From positions 1-42,059 of the IMG/VR virus record IMGVR_UViG_3300028586_000376: a DNA stretch of 42,059 bases, one strand, 5' to 3'. Below are positions 35,678-42,059 of the stretch, piece after piece (the stretch's first letter is position 1; each line of letters begins with the position of its first letter). The notes beneath the pieces are model-generated. The model saw only the letters and a list, made by a program, of their open reading frames with translations, was not told the origin of the DNA and searched no databases. Position numbers and translations under genes: made by a program. Source of the DNA: a virus. Taxonomy: Duplodnaviria; Caudoviricetes.

Positions 35678-37099
35678 TTAGCTACCGTTTTCACTGGCTA
35701 GGCGAAGCCGCGCATTCAAAGCCTGTTCGGCAGCTTTCTTCCTCTCCCTAAGTGCCGCCTGCCGCTCTCTATTGGTCAGCGGCTTGGCCTTCTTTGGGCG
35801 ACCGCGCGGATTGGGTTCTTTGATCCCGCTTTCCAGCTTTTCGACGCGGGCACCGGGAAATAGGTCGGCCAGCCACTCCGCTGACCCCCTGCTCATCACC
35901 ATGACTGTCACCGGCTGGACTGCCTTGGGATCGCGCAGCGAGCAACGCATCAGCGTCTGGTACTCGGTCTGATATGCGAGCATTGCTTGAGCTTGCTCGC
36001 TGCTGATGCCCAGCATATCGAGGAACTTATAAGCTGGCGTGGCGTGGTTGAGCGCGCTTACCAGCACTACGTTATGGATGCCCCGATAATCCTCGCGATC
36101 AATGCCGTGAATCACGCTGTCTAGGCGATAGCGACTGCGGAACAGTTCACGGTCAGCGTCAGTGTTGGCATGCCAGAGGTAATCTCGGCCATCCATGTAA
36201 TCCTCAACGTACTCGGCTACCCTCGCTAGGTTGCTCTGCTCGCCCTCGTCGCGGTCTGCGTGTCGCCTGCTCCAGTTGGCATCCAGCAAATAATTGATTG
36301 TCAGCCGGTTGCCGTTCTGATGGGTGCTATAAAGCAGGTATTGACCGATGGTGGAGTGCTCAACCCAATCCACGTTCAATACCTTCTCCCAGACTGTATA
36401 GAGTTCAGTGGCTTTGAAGTTAGCAGCCATAAACGTGGCGCTGGCAAATCCGCTAACGAACGCGTCCAGGAGTATCGAGAAGAAGTCTACATGGCCCATC
36501 GTGCTTGGGTTGCTAAGCAGGTCGGCATAGTTGCTCTCACCAACGCATACCAGCTTGCCGTCGTCGCTTACCGCGTTGAGCAGTGGGGCGAAGGCTGCGA
36601 TGTTCTGGTCGTCCGTCTCATTGACAATGAGTTCTTCTACCTTGGCAGCGTTGCCCACCTTCACGACCTTGACGCCGGGTGTGAGGTCGCTGCCCACATC
36701 CAGGTAATCGGTCACGATGTGGTGGGTTCGCGCAATCTGGTAGGGCATGTGGACGAATGCGCTCGGCACCTCATCGACAACTAGGTTCCAGTGCTTGCGA
36801 TTGTTGGTGCTGAGCCGCTTCAAGCTCTCATGCGTGATGATGAGCACTTCGCCGTGGTTGGGCGCTGCGTGCTCGATATGCGCTTCTATGCGTCGAACAG
36901 CATCCTCTCCATAGATAACGGAGACTGGAACGCTGCGATCGATCTGACTGATCTGGCGCTTGGTCTGTTGGATGAGCTTTTTGGTAGGCTGCGCGATAAT
37001 CAGTTTCTGGTGCTGCTTCGCGAGGTCAGCCGCGTGATGGCTGAGGCCGTAGGTTTTGCCTGATCCCGCTGGTGCGGACACGTAATAGAATGTGGTCAT
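35678..37099 (-). CDS. SF2-helicase-like replication / origin-binding protein
   Basis: SAPAGSGKT (Walker A), IAQPT (Ia), ITHES (Ib), LVVDEVP (Walker B), YQTLMRCSLR (motif VI-like), basic tail with RGRPKK. Confidence 0.75.
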   Translation of the reverse strand: MTTFYYVSAPAGSGKTYGLSHHAADLAKQHQKLIIAQPTKKLIQQTKRQISQIDRSVPVSVIYGEDAVRRIEAHIEHAAPNHGEVLIITHESLKRLSTNNRKHWNLVVDEVPSAFVHMPYQIARTHHIVTDYLDVGSDLTPGVKVVKVGNAAKVEELIVNETDDQNIAAFAPLLNAVSDDGKLVCVGESNYADLLSNPSTMGHVDFFSILLDAFVSGFASATFMAANFKATELYTVWEKVLNVDWVEHSTIGQYLLYSTHQNGNRLTINYLLDANWSRRHADRDEGEQSNLARVAEYVEDYMDGRDYLWHANTDADRELFRSRYRLDSVIHGIDREDYRGIHNVVLVSALNHATPAYKFLDMLGISSEQAQAMLAYQTEYQTLMRCSLRDPKAVQPVTVMVMSRGSAEWLADLFPGARVEKLESGIKEPNPRGRPKKAKPLTNRERQAALRERKKAAEQALNARLRLASENGS

Positions 37100-37199
37100 T
37101 TAGAAGTCCCTGCCGAAGTCCGCTCGTTGAGTGTGGAGGAACCGCGAGCGGGACTTCGGTGCTCTAGGCCAGGGTAGCAACTCCCTGACTGGCTCCTCC

Positions 37200-37350
37200 A
37201 AATGTATTTACTCAACAATCGCAATATACGCCCTGAAAGGGTCAAAATCACTATTCTCGTGCTGTAACGGCGCTCTGATTGAGTGTAACGATAATACTTT
37301 ACATATACATTTTTCGTTACTCTTTTGGTGTTCATTCCTGAATTAATCGC
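37200..37350. other. Candidate replication origin
   Basis: AT-rich intergenic patch; inverted GTAACGA/TCGTTAC flank a 22-nt spacer with 19 A/T; lies upstream of the helicase gene. Confidence 0.5.
37205..37210 (-). promoter_or_regulatory. TAAATA motif pointing into the helicase-like gene
   Basis: TATTTA on the plus strand, about 105 nt upstream of the start; the only minus-strand copy I found. Confidence 0.6.
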
Positions 37351-37993
37351 GGGTGGTCCTATGGGGTCTGATTTGTACGGGGACGCGAAGCGGACCATGA
37401 CAAATCAGGCACCAATGGGCCATTCGCAGGCAAGCCATGTGGACGCCGCTAGGTGGCCAGATGGCTCTGCCTCCGAGTTCTATCAGTCCGGTTAAAAGGC
37501 CGTGGCGGCATCTGTGCTCGGCAGGCAAGCTGCCTTCACCCAGATACCTAGCGCCTAGCTGCCGCGTGTCCTGGCGGCCCCGCTGAGCAGCAAGCGCATT
37601 ACGGGTGACATGGAATTCCTGGAAATCAGCTATCTCGTCATCCCGCCAGAACAAGATGAATTAAAAGCGGGCGCAGCCCTTGTTCCAACAGAGCGCCGTT
37701 ACGCCTTCACCAGATTTTAACCGATCAGCCATAGCCCAAGAGCATCGGGAGAAATCTCGTGTGCTCTTTGAACGAACGGGTTCCGTAGCTGGTGTGGTCA
37801 TCAGTCGTCACTCCTCGTGACGGCAATGTCTGGGATGAAAGTCCCTCGCAGGTCAGCGCAGCGGTTGGTCAGAGACCTGGGGCCGTGCCTCAGGCCGACG
37901 AGGCTTGTCCTCACCATACGCTGAAGGTCGAGAGTTGCGGCAGTAATGTCGCGCAAGGCTGCTCGTCCACCATGCTGGCAAGGAGCCTATCTA

Positions 37994-38710
37994 ATGAGCA
38001 CTGTTACGAACAACGTCATCACGATGGTCGATGATTTCCGGGCTGCTACGGTGAACCACCGTGGCGAACTGGATCAGATTACCCTCAACGGGCGTCGGAA
38101 GGTCTGGGAGAACGTGGCGCAAGCCGCATTGCTTGCCCAGGACATCCTCAAGCCGGAAAACAAGGAAAGCTATTACGCGGCGCTTCTGGCGCACGGGCTG
38201 GCCGCACCTGTCGATGGCAAGAAGGTGAACCCCTACGCGCTCGTCGTGAAGCTGCTCTACGGTGAATGGGAGGATGAACAGGCTAACGTCTTTCAGCCCA
38301 ACCGCTCTGCCGAAAAGTACGCTTGCGTCTTCCGCTATTTCGCCAAGCGGCGCGGTCGGTTCGATACTGTCGAACTGATTGTCAGCCACATCGAAACCAC
38401 TGAGGGCAACCTCAAGGGGATCGAGGCACAGGATCGCACCGAACACCAGACGTCCAAACCCTCGCCTTCGGCGTCGGCCAACGACAATATGGAATTGGGT
38501 CTGCGCCTGGATCAGGGCGAGGTCACTCGCCTGGATGAGCGGCCTGAGTTTATCCCGGAGGACGTGTCCTATGGGAAGCTCTGGTTCCGCATGGTGGATG
38601 GCGAGGTGATCGTCATGGGTTACGAAGCGGTCTCTGAGGCCGCGTACAAGACCCTTGCTACCAAGCGTGGCAAGACCATCCGCGAAGCGCACAACGCCAA
38701 GCTGTCGTAA
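37994..38710 (+). CDS. Hypothetical protein (238 aa)
   Basis: AGGAG SD, biased codon usage, terminator downstream. Confidence 0.8.
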   Translation: MSTVTNNVITMVDDFRAATVNHRGELDQITLNGRRKVWENVAQAALLAQDILKPENKESYYAALLAHGLAAPVDGKKVNPYALVVKLLYGEWEDEQANVFQPNRSAEKYACVFRYFAKRRGRFDTVELIVSHIETTEGNLKGIEAQDRTEHQTSKPSPSASANDNMELGLRLDQGEVTRLDERPEFIPEDVSYGKLWFRMVDGEVIVMGYEAVSEAAYKTLATKRGKTIREAHNAKLS

Positions 38711-38724
38711 AGTGACAACAAGAA

Positions 38725-38761
38725 CCCCTGGAAAGCCTCATACGCTTTCCAGGGGCTTTTT
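38725..38761 (+). terminator. Rho-independent terminator
   Basis: CCCCTGGAAAGC / GCTTTCCAGGGG 12-bp stem followed by CTTTTT. Confidence 0.85.
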
Positions 38762-38815
38762 GTATTGAACTAGTGGATTGAGCAGCCACTATGGAAACGC
38801 TCACTGCGAGCACTA

Positions 38816-39154
38816 CTATTTAAGCAGCCGCATAAAGTCTTCCAGGGTCAACACTACCAGCGCGTCCTTGCGATCCGCCTTGATGACAGCGAGGGGCGTT
38901 AGATCGTTCTGCGACCGGGCTTGGCCCAGAGCATCATAGACCAGCGCGATTTTGGCGCGGGCCTTACACTCGACGGAGAAGGGAAACGCGGCCTTCGCTG
39001 CCGTCGATAGCTGAATGTCCTCGCCGTTGCTGCCCATGGGGCAACTGCGAACATCGTCCTCAGTCAGCGAAGGATGCGCCGCAAGGACGGCATCGCGCAC
39101 CTTCTTCTGGAGGTTGCGGCCCTTGGCCTTTGCCGCTGCCGTGCTGATGGCCAT
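38816..39154 (-). CDS. PD-(D/E)xK nuclease, Holliday-junction-resolvase-like
   Basis: AKAKGRNLQ...MGSNGEDI...FPFSVECKA. Confidence 0.75.
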   Translation of the reverse strand: MAISTAAAKAKGRNLQKKVRDAVLAAHPSLTEDDVRSCPMGSNGEDIQLSTAAKAAFPFSVECKARAKIALVYDALGQARSQNDLTPLAVIKADRKDALVVLTLEDFMRLLK

Positions 39155-39642
39155 TAGGCTTCGTTCTTCGACACTGCGCCCTTGGCATTGAGCCAGGGTA
39201 GAACTTCGGTGCTGACAGGAACGCCAGCTGGCCAGCGCACCGCTACTGCGCGGCTCTTCTCAATCCATGTCTCATTGACACCATCGCTCTGGTTGCCGCC
39301 GAGGACGCGGTACGCGGTTGCGTTCTGACCGACGAGGAAGCCCACATGGCCACCACCGGGACGCTGGAACACCACCACTGCGCCGACGACTGGCTTACAT
39401 GCGACGCCCCAAGTTGCCCATGCGCTCGTACGAACTGCGATAGGCGCGGGAGTTAGCCCAGCTTCCTTTACGCAATGCGCGACAAACAGGCCGCACCAGG
39501 GAGTGCCGTCTTCGTTGTAGGCCATACCAAGTGCCTTGTTACCAAGTGCCTTTGCCCAGCCGATGATTGTTGGATTGCTCTTCGCACCAGGAACTTCCTT
39601 GGTGCCGATGAGCGACTTTGCTGTTTTGATCCACTTTTCCAT
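39154..39642 (-). CDS. Endolysin candidate, TIGR02594-like NlpC/P60-CHAP peptidase
   Basis: GTKEVPG..SNPTI, TPWCGLFV (Cys), GGHVGF (His), LGGNQSD; ATG 5 nt after the variant TAACTA. Confidence 0.85.
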   Translation of the reverse strand: MEKWIKTAKSLIGTKEVPGAKSNPTIIGWAKALGNKALGMAYNEDGTPWCGLFVAHCVKEAGLTPAPIAVRTSAWATWGVACKPVVGAVVVFQRPGGGHVGFLVGQNATAYRVLGGNQSDGVNETWIEKSRAVAVRWPAGVPVSTEVLPWLNAKGAVSKNEA

Positions 39643-39712
39643 ACAAGTAGTTAGCGAATCGACCAAACTGAGCTTTTTGACCCCGTTTGAAGCCCTATTT
39701 GGGCATTCCCTG

Positions 39713-39718
39713 TAAATA
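39713..39718 (+). promoter_or_regulatory. TAAATA motif before the 39763 gene
   Basis: Intergenic; divergent from the TAACTA variant at 39648-39653. Confidence 0.6.
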
Positions 39719-39762
39719 GTTGAGCGGAAGACAGAACCGCGCAAACTACAAAGGGGATTACA

Positions 39763-40506
39763 ATGACACCGATTACACTCAGCCGCTTCGAAAAGTCCGC
39801 CCGTGCTTTCACATTCAGGGACAGTTACAAGGGTTGCCTCAGCAATGCTGACGACAACTGCGCTCCCATTGAGTCCCACATGGAAGGACTCATTAAACAG
39901 CTAAAGACTTACGCCGACTAACCAACGGGTTGGTCTTTTGCCGAATGGCTCAAGGGCACGAACGTGGCTTCCAATCTCGTGGGCGCGAACGCGATCATGC
40001 TGGAATACGCGCTATCCCGTGACGACACCGAGATTGTTCAGCGGCTTCACGACCGCGCATCAGCACTGGGTTGGGCTCACTTTCTCATCGATACCGAGGC
40101 AAAGAGCGGCAACACCATCACAATCGTCTTCCCGCTAACCAGCCACATCGACCCCGCCAAGTTCGCCCGCTTGGCTTCCATCTTGGCCGAAGAGCTCGAT
40201 GAGTATGGCATGGAGCATGGTTGTCTCGCAGCCACGCACATCATCCAGGTTCACCGTTCTACGATGTCCTGCGTGTTTCCCGGTACGCCTCTCGATCCCG
40301 TCAAAGAGATCAAGCGCACGGCCAAAATGTATCAGAGGCTGAATGCCCGCAAGTATGAAGGCACACGCCCTGTTAGCAACTCAACCACTCAGGGTGATGG
40401 ACCGCTGGAGATTCAGGACGGCTTGTTCGTCTTTTTCGAGACACCAGCGGAAAAAACTCAACGACAGGCGCTGGAGGTCATGGCCCGGTTTGGTTTTGCC
40501 GACTGA
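39763..40506 (+). pseudogene. Hypothetical gene split by one in-frame TAA (39919-39921)
   Basis: ATG 39763 with AGGGG SD is in frame with track ORF 39964..40506; only one stop lies between them. Confidence 0.6.
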
Positions 40507-40950
40507 GACGCTGACATTTCACAGCGCAGCAATCACACGTCACAGCAAATAGCTTGTGTGAATTGCCGGATCGCGCAAAGCTAAATGTGGGTAGGAAGAC
40601 CGTGCGTGCGATCCTTCTGGAAGGGAGCGCCACCTTGGACGGAGACCGTCTTCCTACCCACTCAACACCTCCCCTTGAACCGGTTCGGCGTAGGCTAGTG
40701 CTGCGGACGATGAGGCCGCTGGGCACTAACAATTATGGTTCTACGGCGAGTCGTCGAGATAACCAACCATGAACGCCGGCCATTTCCACCCGTTTGTTAC
40801 CCGTCACGCTCAGCGATCGTCGAAATGGCCGCGGTTTTAAGCGATGCGACTTCACGATCTTATGGAGCGCTTCGAAAACGGTCATCGCTAAAACCTCGCC
40901 GTTCTTGCCTCGCCGAGCACGAACCAGATTAGCAGCATCCACAGGAACTC

Positions 40951-40980
40951 TTGCCTTCTGTTCTTGTTCTGTTCCATAAT
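40951..40980 (+). promoter_or_regulatory. Sigma70-type promoter overlapped by an alphaproteobacterial LexA box
   Basis: GTTC-TTGTTCT-GTTC (40960-40974) fits GTTC-N7-GTTC, between TTGCCT (-35) and CATAAT (-10). Confidence 0.8.
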
Positions 40981-41001
40981 GCGCAGTGAATGGAGGCAGA
41001 C

Positions 41002-41193
41002 ATGGCAAGCGTGATCACGGCAGAACGGATTGGGGAGTTGATCGCTGAGGCGCCAGCATGGGCCAAATTAGGCCTCACGGTGCCAAACGAGCGGCTCAGG
41101 GCCGATGCCCAGCGTGAACTAGCCCAGCATGTCTATAGCGCCCTCTACCAGCCTCTAGACGTGGATACCGAGCAGCTACGGCTTCCGCTTTGA
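41002..41193 (+). CDS. Small SOS-box-preceded protein (DUF6771-like)
   Basis: GGAGG SD; APAWAKLGLTVPNERLR..A..ELA; ends QLRLPL. Confidence 0.7.
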   Translation: MASVITAERIGELIAEAPAWAKLGLTVPNERLRADAQRELAQHVYSALYQPLDVDTEQLRLPL

Positions 41194-41194
41194 C

Positions 41195-41488
41195 GTGGGT
41201 AACGCTCGATATCGCACGCTGAGCGATTTCGGGAAGTATCAGGCCAACGTCGGAGCCATCTGCGGCTCCTGCGATCACAAGGGCGTTGTTCATCGCGACC
41301 CCTTTGCGCGCTGGTGCTTTCTTCATCGCAAAAATACGTCGCTGGAATGCCTGCCAGGCTATCTACGCTGCTCTCAATGCGGGGCACGGCCACGGCACAT
41401 CTTACCAACGGCGAAGCCGCCGACCTTTCCAGCCTGGGGAGCGGACGAACGCAAGTGGCAGAGGCTCCAACGCAGGCTGAGGGGCTAA
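41195..41488 (+). CDS. Small zinc-binding protein
   Basis: CGSCDH...LRCSQCGAR; 1 nt after the upstream gene. Confidence 0.65.
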   Translation: MGNARYRTLSDFGKYQANVGAICGSCDHKGVVHRDPFARWCFLHRKNTSLECLPGYLRCSQCGARPRHILPTAKPPTFPAWGADERKWQRLQRRLRG

Positions 41489-41516
41489 AGTCTGAGAAAA
41501 CAACGATTCGTGATAG

Positions 41517-41545
41517 TTTAGCAGTTTCCACTTTACGGCAACACG
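41517..41545 (+). repeat. attR: phage arm TTTAGCAGTT plus core CAACACG
   Basis: See attL. The radC reading frame resumes immediately after the core. Confidence 0.9.
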
Positions 41546-41824
41546 CGCAACATGCTGATTCGCGACGAGGTGATGAGCAAGGGTTCGATCGATCAGGCGG
41601 CGGTCTATGTCCGCGAGGTGATTCGCCGCGCGATCGACTTCGGCTCGGCGTCGCTCATCCTCGTCCACAACCACCCGAGCGGCGATCCGACCCCCAGCCG
41701 CGCGGACATCGAGATCACCCGCACGATCGCCGAAGCGGGCAAGCGGCTCGGGATCACCGTCCATGATCATATCATCGTCGGCGCGACCGGGCATACCAGC
41801 CTGCGCGCGCAGGGCCTTGTCTGA
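41546..41824 (+). pseudogene. radC: radC, 3' part carrying the JAB motif
   Basis: RNMLIRDEVMSKGSIDQAAVYVREV...LVHNHPSGDPTPSRAD...VHDHIIVG (HxHxxG...D JAB motif). Confidence 0.95.
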
Positions 41825-41989
41825 CGCGGCGTCCCCGCCCGCGACGACATCCGGACGCGACCGCGGCGTGATTTGAACCCGGCGCCCCGGCCTGCTACCG
41901 GGCGCGCGATCGCTGGCGCTACTCCCGACCCCATGGGAGGCGCGTCGCCCATTGCCGAGCCACCCCCGCAGACTCCCGAGGAAAACCCG

Positions 41990-42059
41990 ATGGTCCCCCG
42001 CTATTCCCGCCCCGACATGGTCGCCATCTGGACGCCCGAAGCACGCTTTCAGATCTGGT
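41990..42059 (+). CDS. purB: Adenylosuccinate lyase, 5' end (runs off the window)
   Basis: MVPRYSRPDMVAIWTPEARFQIW resembles the alphaproteobacterial PurB N-terminus; GAGG SD. Confidence 0.8.
   Translation, partial: MVPRYSRPDMVAIWTPEARFQIW

Larger units (their letters stand above)
541..41545. mobile_element. Prophage integrated in radC, probably defective in this copy
   Basis: Bounded by a CAACACG direct repeat, with a serine integrase at the left end, head and tail genes inside, and visibly lower GC than the flanks. Confidence 0.95.

Noticed and set aside
37832-37845. GGGATGAAAGTCCC reminiscent of a group II intron hairpin
   Set aside because: No domain V, intron ends or reverse transcriptase seen; kept only as part of a structured-RNA candidate.

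Overview
A ~41 kb prophage (541-41545) sits inside the host radC gene of a high-GC alphaproteobacterium (Sphingomonas-like, inferred from the radC-purB context, MucR and an alpha-type LexA box). It is integrated by a large serine recombinase at a 7-bp core (CAACACG), and excision would restore radC in frame. It carries terminase, portal, scaffold, capsid, head-completion, tape-measure and tail-fibre genes, an endolysin, an SF2-helicase-like replication protein beside a candidate origin, and several cargo genes (HTH-ImmA/IrrE + PIN-like pair, STAS-HATPase-STAS protein, TIR-TM pair, MucR). The most striking signal is regulatory. A TAAATA hexamer, resembling the T4 late promoter core and with no conserved -35 I can see, precedes nearly every virion gene. 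It lies either 4-5 nt before the start codon (leaderless) or inside a hairpin that buries the ribosome-binding site. I recognise no gp55-like sigma factor, CI repressor or DNA polymerase, but the element has a truncated T4-like primase and a resolvase-like nuclease. This suggests (inference) a prophage switched on by the late transcription machinery of an incoming T4-like/jumbo phage. This copy shows lesions: an apparent deletion of the tail-tube region, one in-frame stop, and a TIR gene lacking a canonical start. Motif scans were done by eye and family calls come from motif recognition, not database searches.
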